From positions 1-39,143 of the forward strand of contig PNXW01002812.1 in NCBI GenBank assembly GCA_013265495.1: a stretch of DNA of 39,143 bases. Direction: 5' to 3'. Below are positions 12,812-24,954 of the stretch, piece by piece. A model generated the notes under the pieces. It was not told the DNA's origin, did no database searches, and saw only the letters and a program-made list of their open reading frames with translations. The DNA is from Vicugna vicugna (lineage: Eukaryota). The position numbers and the translations under genes are program-made. Numbering within the stretch: position 1 is the first letter of the stretch; each line of letters starts with the position of its first letter.

Positions 12812-13762
12812 AATGCTTACTACCAGACCCTAGGGGGAAGAGAGGGGTGCAAAATAATGAAGCTGGAAGCCACGAAACGTCGCTGTCTCTAGAGATTTCT
12901 ATAGACAAAACAATAAAGTGTAAACAATGTAAAAAGTGCATCTATTCATGTCTTAAACCCAAGTCTCAGAGGTAATCAAAGTTAGTTTCTCTGCAGCGCT
13001 GACCACGGGAAAACAATTTTGACATCTCTGTTTCATGCTCCGTAAGAGGCACTGTTTTCCTGTGGGTTATCTGAGATCCTTCTAACTTTCTTTAACACCT
13101 AGGATCCGAAGCTGTTCACGCACAGCAGGCAACAAAAGAAGTGCCTGTCCCAGGATCTTTGCCTGCCTTCATGTCTCCTGTTCAACAGAACCATTGTCCC
13201 TGCCTCTGTGATCGCTGAGTCTCTGGACCCTGACTGTCTGGGCTTTTGATAGCTACCTGCCTAGCTGACTTCCCTGGAAAGTAGCCTCATAATGCTTACT
13301 ACCAGACCCTAGGGGGAAGAGAGGGATGCAAAATAATGAAGCTGGAAGCCACAAAACGTCGCTGTCTGTAGAGATTTCTATAGACAAAACAATAAAGTGT
13401 AAACAATGTAAAAAGTGCATCTATTCATGTCTTAAACCCAAGTCTCAGAGGTAATCAAAGTTAGTTTCTCTGCAGCGCTGACCACGGGAAAACAATTTTG
13501 ACATCTCTTCTCTACGTAAGAGGCACTGTTTTCCTGTGGGTTATCTGAGATCCTTCTAACTTTCTTTAACACCTAGGATCCGAAGCTGTTCACGCACAGC
13601 AGGCAACAAAAGAAGTGCCTGTCCCAGGATCTTTGCCTGCCTTCATGTCTCCTGTTCAACAGAACCATTGTCCCTGCCTCTGTGATCGCTGAGTCTCCGG
13701 ACCCTGACTGTCTGGGCTTTTGATAGCTACCTGCCTAGCTGACTTCCCTGGAAAGTAGCCTC
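12812..13762 (+). repeat. Tandem duplication 1 (A-B twice): 12812-13288 and 13291-13762
   Basis: Both copies run 'aatgcttactaccagaccc...ctggaaagtagcctc'; 2-nt 'at' spacer; about 4 substitutions plus one complex 11-to-6-nt change. Confidence 0.97.
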
Positions 13763-14564
13763 TGACCTGCCAACTTCCTGCATCTTCCAGCCCTCGCTTG
13801 TGCGACCAAGCCCTCAGCCCTCGTCTAGTCTGCCTGAGATCGTTGCTCTCCTCTTCCCAGCAGAACACCCAGGGTCCTGCCTTAAACAACAAAGGGACAT
13901 CAAAGCTTCACTATAAGGCTGAGACGACTGTTAGGATCACTGTCTTTGCCGACAGTCTGGTGGCGGTGGTCCTGGCGGGAAAGGAGGTAGGAATCAAGTT
14001 GATACTAGAAACCGTGGCAGAGAGATGGAATCTAGTCTCTGCTGTTGTCAGCTGCATGACCTTGGGTGGCAGATGCACAGCAGGCAATGAAAGAAGTGCC
14101 TGTCCTAGGATCTTTGCCTGCCTTCATGTCTCCTGTTCAACAGAACCATTGTCCCTGCCTCTGTGATCGCTGAGTCTCCGGACCCTGACTGTTTGGGCTT
14201 TTGATAGCTACCTGCCTAGCTGACTTCCCTGGAAAGTAGCCTCTGACCTGCCAACTTCCTGCATCTTCCAGCCCTCGCTTGTGCGACCAAGCCCTCAGCC
14301 CCGTCTCCTCCTCGTCTAGTCTGCCTGAGATCGTTGCTCTCCTCTTCCCAGCAGGACACCCAGGGTCCTGCCTTGAACAACAAAGGGACATCAAAGCTTC
14401 ACTACAAGGCTGAGACGACTGTTAGGACTGCTGTCTTTGCCGACAGTCTGATGGCGGTGGTCCTGGCGGGAAAGGAGGTAGGAATCAAGTTGATACTAGA
14501 AACCGTGGCAGAGAGATGGAATCTAGTCTCTGCTGTTGTCAGCTGCATGACCTTGGGTGGCAGA
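13594..14564 (+). repeat. Tandem duplication 2 (B-C twice): 13594-14073 and 14075-14564
   Basis: Both copies run 'gcacagcaggcaa...ccttgggtggcaga'; about 11 substitutions plus a 10-nt indel (cgtctcctcc). Confidence 0.97.
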
Positions 14565-14695
14565 CTTAAACTCTCTGAGCTTCAGTTTCCCCATCTATAA
14601 TTGGGTGATACTAATATCCACCTTGGTGGCTCTTGGGAGAATTGAATGTTTGAAAGTGCCCAGGACAAGTCTTGGCACATAGTAGGTAATCAATA
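14515..14695 (+). mobile_element. MIR SINE (its 5' part is also copied at ~14025-14073)
   Basis: 'tgaccttgggtggcagacttaaactctctgagcttcagtttccccatctataattggg...cttggcacatagtaggtaatcaata'. Confidence 0.9.
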
Positions 14696-16089
14696 CGCAG
14701 GAGATTCTTTTCTTCCTTCCTTAAAATAACTGAGCATGAGCCGAAGGTGAGAGTTGAGATTGGCGAATATCAATTTAGTCCTTTGTGCTAGGACTTCCAT
14801 TTCTTACACCTCAAATCTGCAGGCATCGCCCCTCTGTGTCAGAGGCCCCCTGTACACAATTTGGGCAGAGGATCCATAAGGTTCTTTGGTGTTTGGCAGC
14901 CCAGACATTGGATTCCCAGGATCTTTACCCCCTGAATTCAGAAGTCCTTTGGGTGTATTCCTTATTTCAGCACTGACAAAGCCGCATCAGAGGAGAAGAG
15001 AGATGATTAAAGGGAGACAAAGCAGTCATGAGAAAGACAGGATACAGTAGGAGAGAATATGTCAGAGACCTTGGAGGTAGGAAAAATATGGGGGAAAGAA
15101 GCAGAAAAAGCCCGGGAGTAGTGGAAGGAAAAAGGAATGCATTAGGAAGAAAAGGAGAATGGAAAAAATGTAAAAAACTCAAAGACAGGGGTCTTTAATA
15201 TGACTGGGGAGGCTACAGGATGCAGAGCATCTCACTTTGAGGTCTCTTTTGACAAGCACATTTTCCAATGGAAATGATAATGGAAAAAAGAATCTGAGAA
15301 TTCAGATTACTTCTCAGTTCTTATAGTAACCCAGTTTTCTCTTTGTTCAAGGTCATTCCGTCTTTGCTCTCCAAGTCTACACTAGAGCCTAGATTTGCAT
15401 CGCATTAGGTTTAAAAGACCTCCCTGTGTAAGTATAAAGCTCTCCAAGGTCAAAGCCCAAGGACCCCAGGTTCACCATGCTCTTCAAAGGATCTAGCCCA
15501 GTGTTGCATGTAGTCAGGCTTAGATGAGGCAGGGCATTGACTCTTCACCCACGCATCCATCTGTCCTCTGGGAGAGCTGATGAGTGCCCTCCGTAGCTCT
15601 TCAAAGAGGCTGGTCTGAATAAGGTAGCTTTGGGGGTGACACACAGCTTTCTCTGGGACCGAAGAAGCCACTCAAAATGGAAAGGAGGCTCTAGGTAAAA
15701 AATAGGGTGAGAACTGTCTAGCTTGTCATCAAAGAACAGTTTCCAAAGGAGACTAAACCCCTACAACTGAGTTTGTGTCTGTGCAGATGTAAATCTTGTT
15801 GCTGTTTGTTTTGCTTTTTAAAATTTTATTCAGAAACCTCTTTCCTTGGGAAAATGGTTAGATGATCAGGAGGGGAAAAAAAAAAAAACAGCTAGAGTCC
15901 TTTACAAGTAGAATAGTCAGTAGATTAAAAAGCCTGCTCCCCTATCTGCCATCTTGAAATTCCTGTGCATGCTCTTGTATGGAAAATCCCCTGCCAAGGC
16001 AACTTGGGTAACTGCAGTGTTCCAATGGGAATTTGAAGTTCACTGTCCCTGATTTCCACTGCACTTGGATCGCATGGCAAAAGTGGAAC

Positions 16090-16245
16090 GAGCAGTGGAT
16101 TAAAAGACCTAGCTATGGAAATTTGGATAAACTGGGTGACCTTGCCAAGCTTCAGTTTTCTCATCGGCAAGATAGCCAGGTATGAACTAACAAATGTAAA
16201 ATCGCAGAACACAATGCTGGCCTTATGATAAGAGATCTGTGAATG
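16090..16245 (+). mobile_element. MIR SINE
   Basis: 'ctgggtgaccttgccaagcttcagttttctcatcggcaagat'. Confidence 0.7.
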
Positions 16246-16504
16246 CTCATTGATGCAGTCTGGATTGTCTGTGTCTGTATCCTTTATCTTGTAGGTGTTA
16301 TTAAATATGGCATTGTTGAGACTGACTTGCAATCTGATTCCTATTTAGTCCAAGTTTCTCAGAAAACATTCAGCATCTGAGTTTGGCAGTGATGGTAGTC
16401 GAGGCGAGGGAGACAATGAAAAAAAAAATCTAAGGGCACAGATAAAATTCTTCAGTAAGCAGAATTTGTACAGCTCCTTATCTAGAAACAAGACTTTAAT
16501 TAAA

Positions 16505-16651
16505 ATCTTGTGGTAGCTCACAGCGAAAAAGAATGCAACAATGAATATATGTATGTTCGTGTATAACTGAAAAATTGTGCTCTACGCTGGAATTTGACAC
16601 AACATTGTAAACTGACTATAACTCAATAAAAAACAAGTAATTAAAAAAAAA
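16505..16651 (+). mobile_element. Young lineage-specific L1 3' tip with poly(A)
   Basis: 'atcttgtggtagctcacagcgaaaaa...gaatttgacacaacattgtaaactgactataactcaataaaaaa'; same family as the copies at 32311 and 37404. Confidence 0.9.
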
Positions 16652-16759
16652 GAAATCTGAGATAGAAAGTTTTCCAAATACAAAGTGACCACATTGTTAA
16701 CCCATCACTCCCCTATAGTTCTTCATTTTGGCTTAAGCTCTCTCAATGAATCTGATGTG

Positions 16760-16930
16760 ATATAATAAAAGAAAACGGGACTTGATTCAAGGGATCTGTA
16801 TTTTAATCCCATCTCTGCTGCTTCCTAGTGAGTTAAACTAGACCTGGTGACTCAACAGACTTAAGTCTCAGACTCCCCATGTGTCATATGAGAACCCTCC
16901 ACTACAAGATCATAGTTAAAGCCAGATGAG
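16760..16930 (+). mobile_element. MIR SINE, degraded
   Basis: 'ggacttgattcaagggatctgtattttaatcccatctctgctgcttcctag...agtctcagactccccatgtgtc'. Confidence 0.6.
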
Positions 16931-17029
16931 GTTAGATCCATTTGGCTATCTTGTATGTAGCAGCCATTAAATAACTGTCTATGGAAGCTGTAGTAATCCC
17001 TGGATGGAGGAAAGAGAGCCAGGCAGGGT

Positions 17030-17150
17030 TCTTTTCCATTTTCAGGTTAGGAAAAGAGCAATCAGTGAATCAAGCCTCACAAGTTAGAGGCAGAAGCATG
17101 ACTGGCACTCAGGATGCCTGATGCCTGATTTAGAGCTCAGAGCTATCACC
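17030..17150 (-). mobile_element. MIR fragment
   Basis: 'tccattttcaggttaggaaaa...caagcctcacaagttagaggcagaagcatgactggcactcagg'. Confidence 0.55.
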
Positions 17151-18949
17151 TCTAAACAGTACCGTCTTGTTTTGTGACTAATCATATTGAAATTGTGCAG
17201 GTCTGGTGTCTAGATAACAGAATAGACCTGGTCCTGCGTTATTGAATGCAGCTAGTCATTTCCAGTTTATGCTCTCATTTCCACCACTGCCATCAGCCCA
17301 AGAGAGCACAGAAAAATCATCTCCAGTCCCACAACTGACCCAGGAATGACCTCCACTTGTTTGCTCTGTGTGTGGGACTCCTGGTTTTCTGCCTCTTTCT
17401 AATTCTTGACTACAGATTTATTTCCTGTTTCCATATATTCATGGACAACCACAGTGACATGGTCTCACCATATTTTATACCTCCGAGATCACAAAGTAAC
17501 ATCAATTACTGTCACTCAGGTGGCTATGACAACAGTCATCCTGAAGTGAACCACCCATTATAACCTGCACAGTGAGTTGCAACAGTTTAAGACAACAAAC
17601 AACAACAAAAACAAACAAACTCCTGGAGATCACACTCGAGCTTCCTTTTAAGGAATGCTGATTCATCAACCCTCTTCAAGGCTCAGAAGGCAACATCATT
17701 TGCAGACACATGAGCATCAGTGTCCAACTAAAGAAGTAATTGAGAAAAGTCAGAGTTTGAAAAGATTGAGTACCTCCCAAAGCAATGCATCTTGCCTATG
17801 TTTTCTATTTATGAATAACAACAGAGTTTTTCTTAAGAGCCTATGTCATAATAACTCTAAAAGAACTCTTCCAATTAAAACAAATTGAAAATACGAAAAC
17901 TGTATCCAATTATTGTTCATTTCTCTGTTTTTCATTCATAAGAATTTTTTTTCTCTTGTATCTTTCCTATGAACGTCTTCCTTTACCATGAACGACATTA
18001 TGTGTGGTGTCTTCCACTAGTAATCCATTCAGATTTCCTCCTCTGGCAGCTGCCCTGAGCTCCTTCTCAAGTCTTGATTCTGCCTGCAAATGCGATGGCA
18101 GTGCCCTCTGTAGTTTGGGGTGAGAGAGTAACTTTCCACCATTTTTTTTTCTTTCTTCACACAGATATCTAGATCAAATCCTCTGTTGTAATTTGGATAG
18201 ATAATATGCAAAACTGATTTTATAATTGCTTCTTCAAATAAATTAGCTTTAGAGTCATTATTGCTATAAAGAGGAATAAAAGTATAGACATTATTATTCT
18301 GGAGCTAATTTCCTTGGATTTTTCATCTATAAAATAGGTTTTGGAATGTTCTGATTCATGAGCAAGCTTAAAAGATTATATAGAATAATACATCTGAATA
18401 TACTTTTTTAAAAATGTAAAAAAGATACAGTCAACACTTACTGCTCACTTTTGTTATTCTTTTTTACGATTTGTCTGAAGATATTTTTGCTAAAAGTTCT
18501 AATACCAAAGTGAGGCCAGCAGACTTTAAAATCAGTTAAATCAAATAAAAAGTGGGTGAAAAACAGCTGGCCAAGGTGCCTTTGCTAAACCGGGAAGTTA
18601 TGAGAAAAGTATAATGAGATTATATGGAGAACACAGCCCCGCAACCCGGCCCCGTCTAGCCTCCATGTTTGAGTGACCACAATCTCATCTCGATGGTCCA
18701 ACTCCATCTGAACTTGCAAGGACTAAGGAGAAAGGAAACTCAAAACCTCAGTCATGGACTGCCAAGATTTTGAAATATTATTTGACCTTGGATCATAAAT
18801 CTGAAGGCAAAAAAAGAAATCAATCAATTCAATCTTTATGTGCAAATCACTCTGCTAAAAACCAACAAAAAATATCTTGATCTTTATACACCAGGACAAA
18901 TGACTGAGAACTAATATGACTGGAAGTAAGCAAAATGAAATCCATACCT

Positions 18950-19105
18950 TATGTTTATGTAGTGCTTTAAAATTTACAGAAGAATTTCACACACCTTCTT
19001 ATTTTGTCTTCACAGCAATTTGTGGAGGAGATTATTCCCATGATGGATGAGAGAGATTAATTGCTTTCTCAAAGTCACACAGACTGACTAGGTGGCAGAA
19101 GTTAG
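18950..19105 (-). mobile_element. MIR (MIRc/MIR3-like)
   Basis: 'tttatgtagtgctttaaaatttacag...cttcacagcaat...ctcaaagtcacacagactgactaggtggcagaag'. Confidence 0.7.
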
Positions 19106-20499
19106 GAACTATGGCTAATTCACTGGTGCATCCCCACCTGACAGTGTCACACTACATTGTATATGACAAAGGAGTGTTTCAAAGAGCATGTGGCATTATG
19201 GTTCAGACGAGTAAAAGAACATGCTAGCCTAGCTGGTTAGGAGATGCTCCTGGAAACCATGACGATTACTTATGGTCAGAAAGGATGGGAAAAATGTAAA
19301 CATCCCAGGGGAGTGTTAAATAGATACTCTAGGTGGAAAGAACTGAGAAAACAAAGTGAAAGAAGTGAGAAATTGTGTGGAATATTCCAGAGGATTCATA
19401 CATCAGCTTCATGGCTTGACCTCCAGGGATCAAATTCATGCATGTCCCCTAACTGTTATAATTTCAGAAAGAATCATATGACTTGACCAGGAAAGCAACT
19501 GGTTCAGTCGTGAGTCACGAGGGGCAGGGATGAATTGGTGGCATTGCCAGCAGGGACATGCTGCTGGGTGCCTATGGTATAGCTGCAATGCTTCGTGGGT
19601 GGAAGTGAAATTAGTAAGTGGGAGGCAGAAACTAGTTAGTCTGCAGGAAAAAGAAATAATGAAACTGGAGACCCCAAATATGCCAAACTAGTGCAGGGCT
19701 GCAGGGCTTGGCACCTGTCTGCCCCTGCTGTACGTACACAGCCCTCAGCTTCCACAGCTAATAAGCAGGCAGAGGAATGACAGGCTTTACCTAATGAAAA
19801 TGGCAGCTATCAGTCTGTGGCTCAAAAGGTCTGGCTCCAGCTCCTCTTACAGTTGATGGTTTGATCCTCATCGAATTAGCGGGGCTGCAACAAGGAGGCT
19901 GCATGTGAAAGCTGCCAAGTGTTCTTTTAAGTCCTCTCCAACTTTTTCCTTTGCACTTCCCACAGAAAATTGTGGCTACTTAGAATTGCATGCGTTCTTT
20001 CCTTTCTCTCCCAGGAGAAGAGTGTTACTCTTTACTGAATACCTGTCACCAACAGCAGATTGGGAAACCTCAAAAATGTCTAACTGGGTCAGTATTTGGC
20101 TCAAGAATGTAATGATTTTCACCGATCATCACATTTACCTTTACATTCCATTCATCCAAATGCAAAGCCATAATATATGTGCCTCATTTATGATCTCTCA
20201 GTAGCCCGTGTGGCTTTCAGTCTTGACCTGATTGGTACTCAAATCAATTTGGCCTCAGTTGGTTGCTTTGGGTGACATATTCCCTCTCACAACAGGGCTT
20301 GGAGAGCAATGATGAACAGAGTCACTTAGACGGGACAACGCGGAGCTTAACTTACAAATTACGCAGATGCTCTGAAACATACCAACTGTGCGGGCCACCT
20401 CAGACCCCTCCTCCTCACAGTGTCAGACCCTCCCGCATTTTTCCACCTCTAGTGTTTACAATGGAAATGTCTACTTTTAACAGATACTTTTCAATAATT

Positions 20500-20660
20500 T
20501 AGCAGTTTCCTCAAAATGTTCTGTAGAGGCAGATAGAACAGGAATTTTCATCTTATTTTAGAGACAGTAAAACTGAGACTCAATGAAGCAAAGGGAGTTT
20601 GAAGGAATGTTTGGAGACCAGATCCCTCCACCCGGCTCTAAATCCAGTCCCCTTTCTATC
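20500..20660 (-). mobile_element. MIR fragment
   Basis: 'tcatcttattttagagacagtaaaactgagactca...ctctaaatccagtcccctttctatcac'. Confidence 0.7.
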
Positions 20661-21030
20661 ACTAAAATTTTCTCTACGATTCTTTTCTGCAACCACGTGA
20701 CTCAAAAATCTGGTCAGAGAGAAAGCTACCAAGGAAAGGAACATATATATTCACGAATAAGAATAACCGGGCTTAGAGCATTCATTCAAGTTTTCCAAAG
20801 CCACACAGCTAGGAATCAAGGGAATAAGCACCACAGCTCGGGTTCTGAACGCCTCATCAGAAACAGATAATAAAATAGGTAGCCTTAAATTGCACCGCAT
20901 GCAGGCTTTGGGAAGCGCCTCTGCAGTAACCAGACAACAGGCAGCTGAATGGTCAGCCCGGCGGCTCTGGATTCCTGAACAAAAGCCTCTGCTTGAAACA
21001 AGTGGCAAAAGCATGAAGTGCTCACAAAGA

Positions 21031-21065
21031 AATCAAATCAAATCAAATCAAATCAAATCAAATCA
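21031..21065 (+). repeat. (AATCA)7 pentanucleotide microsatellite
   Basis: Direct reading, perfect array. Confidence 0.95.
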
Positions 21066-22064
21066 GCATTTGACTCCTTAAGGAAAGGTTCCTCGAGACA
21101 GCAGCCGGCAGGGCTGTCATGTAGGGCCGTGTGGCGTGCCGGCAGCAATCCATTCAGGCCACTGGCTACCAGCAGCTGACTCTAGGAGTGGCATTTGAAT
21201 CTACCCTTAGGGGGGCCGGAGCCCACAGACAGCTGGGCCATCTGTTCTGATAATACCACATTACTCTCTACACTCAGTAATGAAGGCTCCTGAGTAATCT
21301 TTCATCAGAATGACTTCACGGCATTAAAAATGTATTTCAATACATAGCTTGTTTAAATATTTAACCCTCTTCGGCTTTGAGAGATTGATTCAGAGCTGCA
21401 GTGTTTATATGGGCAGGAAACATTGATTTTCACATGCATGCATGCATTAATTCAGGAAGACTTGGGCACACACCAAAGGTTTTGATAAATGGATCTTTAA
21501 ATCTCGGACTTTAATGGAGAATATTGGTTTGCCGCCCAGATCCCGTCCCTCTGCCAGTATTTAAATATTTTCAATTCTCGTTCCCCGATGGTGAGGGGAG
21601 AAGTCAGTAGATGAACAGATTTTGGAAAATTATTTTGGGTAAAGTTTGTTTATACAACACACGCATTCACACACACACAGATTATTCACTTTGCTGGCCT
21701 GTAGTGGGAGCTATTTGCACATAGGGCTGTCCAACTTTCAGTAGATCTGTCTGCAGCTCACCTTTTTCTGGTATCTTGTCAATAAATCCAAAGACAGCAG
21801 TGTAGATTCAGCATATCCAGGGCCCAGGGACAGAAAGCCTTTTTAGGAATGTCTTTATGTGGTGGCATCATTTAAGCTCACTCCTGTACCCAGAATTACT
21901 TTATTTAATCCCCTACCTCCCTCACTTTATTTGAGGCTTCCATGCTGGGAGTTCTGGTTAACTCCAAACATCCTTGCAAACATCACTGTGTTTGGAAAAC
22001 AAGCCTTGCTGTGCAGGAAGGACCATAAGACTTGTTGAAAGAGATTCTTAGCTCTCAGCTTCTA

Positions 22065-22260
22065 GGTACCGTGTAGATTGTTACTCAACATCACCTCCTT
22101 TATCTTCTCTCCAGATGTTAGCAACAAACCCATGAGATATTTAGCTGACGTATTATTATCACCACTGAGTAACTGAGAAAACAAGCCTCCATGAGTTTAA
22201 ACTTTTCCAGCTGCCTTCAGCTGGCAAGTGGTAAGCTGGACGCTTGGCTTTTTAGATTGC
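22065..22260 (-). mobile_element. MIR, degraded
   Basis: 'agcaacaaacccatgagat...tattattatc...aactgagaaaac...cagctggcaagtggtaagctgg'. Confidence 0.55.
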
Positions 22261-22824
22261 CCACCATGTTGGTGAAGACACATCAGTCTTCTAAAATAGA
22301 TATTCATGGACTAATTAGCAAAATGAAATCAAGATCTACAGGCTGTATATTAAATATCAGACAATGTTTTGGCACTGGTAATACAGTGATAAATAGGGTG
22401 GAGTTCTGCCTTTAAGGAAGCTAGAGAAAGAAACAGGCTTTGGAGCAGAAACTTAGGAAGCAAAACGTTAGTACAGGGAGAATGATAAACTTACTGTGGA
22501 TATACTGGGAAGAGATGCTCTGCAGAGATCATCCAAACAATGAGTTAAGTGTTAACACAGCCCAAGTACAGACTTCCTCCGCCTCTGCAGCAAGAGTGTC
22601 GCCATAATGGCCTGAGGTTTCCATTAAATTTAATGAGTTAACGTCTTTCCTATGAATATAGGATGGTAGGAGTTATGTACCATTCTTGGGAGAAGTGAGA
22701 AATGGTTACTCATCGGTTTCTGTGTTTTGTGGTTGACTCTAGGGGAGAGTAAACGAACAGGATCATGGAAAGCTTCCTGGAAAAGAGAGAGCACTGAGGT
22801 TTTTTGGTTTTGGTTTTGGTTTTA

Positions 22825-23640
22825 TGTTTATCTACACAATGCATATACATAGTTTGATGTGAAAACACAAATAGTTCTTAATGGCAGTCCTATGCCCCAA
22901 TGTACCTCCTGTACCACCACCCTATGTCTTCTCGGAATCATCTCCGTACATCTAAGTATTATGTAGATAATGCAATATTTTGTATTGATTTTAGACATTA
23001 TTACTCACACAACATTGGCATCTTATCTTCTATATGTACACAAAATAGTAAGTCCCTCACTTGGTTAAAAACAGAATTATATTAACATTATAATAATTAT
23101 ATAAATATTATCCACTGCTGAGCCAAATAATATAGTAATCACATTCCCTTTCTTTACAACAGTTTGCTTTCCATCACTTTTCTATTTGCCTTTCTTTTTC
23201 TCTCTTGCTCTACCTGGTACACATAAACCCTACAGTTTTCCTGGATGTCCTACCATATCAGATATTCTGTTACCTCTTTCCGTTCCCTGAGGACTCTCCT
23301 ACCAGACCATTCTTACTACAACCTAGACTTGACCTCTCTCTTGAAGAATGTTTTTTTCTTTACAAGTCTAAGGAATTCTTTTAAATACTCTCCTGGTATG
23401 ATGACATTCTTTCCTGGATGTGAAATTTCAATCTGTCTTGGTTGACTAACTACACATTTCCAGAGCACATCATGTTGCTTCCCACAAAAGGGTGACTGCG
23501 AGGTAAATTTCTCCTCCTTGCTTGTCTTCGCTTTGTCCTCAAATTCAGCTGACAGTTGGACTGGCTACTGAATTCTAGGTTGAAAACATTTGCTCCGAGT
23601 TTTGAAGGTATTCATGTCTAGCGTTCGTTCTTGCTGTTTT
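22825..23640 (-). mobile_element. Ancient L1M fragment
   Basis: T-rich; 'gacagttggactggctactgaattctaggttgaaaacatt...gagttttgaaggtattc' is typical of antisense L1M 5'/ORF1-adjacent region. Confidence 0.55.
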
Positions 23641-24169
23641 GAAAACATAATCCATGCAAATCATTACTTTGTGTGTGGCTAGTAACTCTATTAACATTCC
23701 CTGCTCTTTTTCGCCCTCTGTGCTTAGGCCTGCCCTGCTGTCTTTCGTGCTTCTCTCTCCGAGAAGGATGCTTTAGCTGTGTTTCTTCTTCACACCTGTT
23801 CTCTTGGCAAGTGTGAATGAATTCAGGAACAATCTTCATGTTATGAAATAAATTCGGGCATCCTTTCTAAAAATGAGATCTGTAAGAAGATGATCTCTGA
23901 CAGAAAAAAGGGATTCTGTACTTCTTTATGAATTTGAGAATTATTGCATACACTAAATCCCACTCTTGGAGATTCGTAATTCACATAAGCATGACACAGT
24001 CTGCGTAAAATCTCCCATTAAAAACCACATAACTTTATTTAATATCCTTTCTCTGAAAACTATTGGACATTGGACCAATAGTGTGTTTAGAAATGTAACA
24101 ACACATGTGTTTGTAAAAAAGAGATAATGCTTTGGTACATTAAGAAAATACTGGACTAGAGTAAAAAAA

Positions 24170-24330
24170 ATTGACAGAGAATGACAAAACTCGGATTTTA
24201 ATTTGAGTTCTGTCACTAAACAACTATGTGATACTTGTCACCTTTTTTCCTAAAACATAGAATAATAGTTTCTTATCTTCTATTGCTTTAAGATAAATTT
24301 TTATGAATGAAATAGATCATTTCAATGATA
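24170..24330 (+). mobile_element. MIR, degraded
   Basis: 'aaactcggattttaatttgagttctgtcactaaacaactatgtgatactt...attgctttaagata'. Confidence 0.55.
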
Positions 24331-24519
24331 TATGACTAACTAGAGTGAGTGATGCTTTGGGAGAGGGTAAGAAAGTGCTTTCCCTGTTCTCTACAAGTGA
24401 TACATGCAAATAAATGCCTTCCTAGTAGCCAGGTATGCTGGACCTCGTGCTCAAAGGTAACCAGGCTGAGCCTAAGAAGACTGAGGTTTGAAAAACAAAC
24501 CATGAAGGAGAGGAATCTT

Positions 24520-24814
24520 AAGAAAGAAAGAAAGAAAGAAAGAAAGGAAGGAAGGAAGGAAGGAAGGAAGGGAGGAAGGAAGGAAGGAAAGAAGGAAGGA
24601 AGGAAGGAAGAGAGGGAGGGAGGGAGAGAGGAAGGAAGGAAGGAAGAAAGAGAGGGAGGGAGAGAGGAAGGAAGGAAGGAGGGAGGGAGGGAGAGAGGGA
24701 GGAAGGAAGGAAGGAAGAAAAGAAAGAAAGAGAGAGACAGAAAGCCAGGAAGGAAGGAGGGAGGGGAAGGAAGGAAGGGAGAAAGGAAAAAAGGAAGGAA
24801 GGAAGGAAGGAAAA
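24520..24814 (+). repeat. Compound (GAAA)n/(GGAA)n/(GGGA)n polypurine simple repeat
   Basis: Direct reading; 24520-24737 contains only purines. Confidence 0.97.
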
Positions 24815-24954
24815 TTGAGGATGCCTGTGCTGAAGGGATGGGGAGCAGGATTCAAGATGGTTACCCTTACCAAGTCTCTAATGTCAGTATGAAACTCACA
24901 AACATGAAGACGGACCCAGGCTTTGTTTCCATAAAGAAGAGGAATCCCCTGCAC

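Noticed and set aside
12812..14564. CRISPR-like or LTR-pair interpretation of the direct repeats
   Set aside because: Eukaryotic DNA; no repeat-spacer pattern, no TG..CA termini and no TSD.
13656..14600. Pairs of near-identical ORFs suggesting a small gene family
   Set aside because: They result from the tandem duplication; an indel changes frame between copies and there is no exon structure.
19084..19100. CTCF-like 'gactaggtggcag'
   Set aside because: Lies in a MIR segment that naturally resembles it, and lacks the 5' CC.
19508..19520. Extended AP-1 pseudo-palindrome tcgTGAGTCAcga
   Set aside because: A single short motif, plausible by chance in 39 kb; the flank may be an old LTR remnant.
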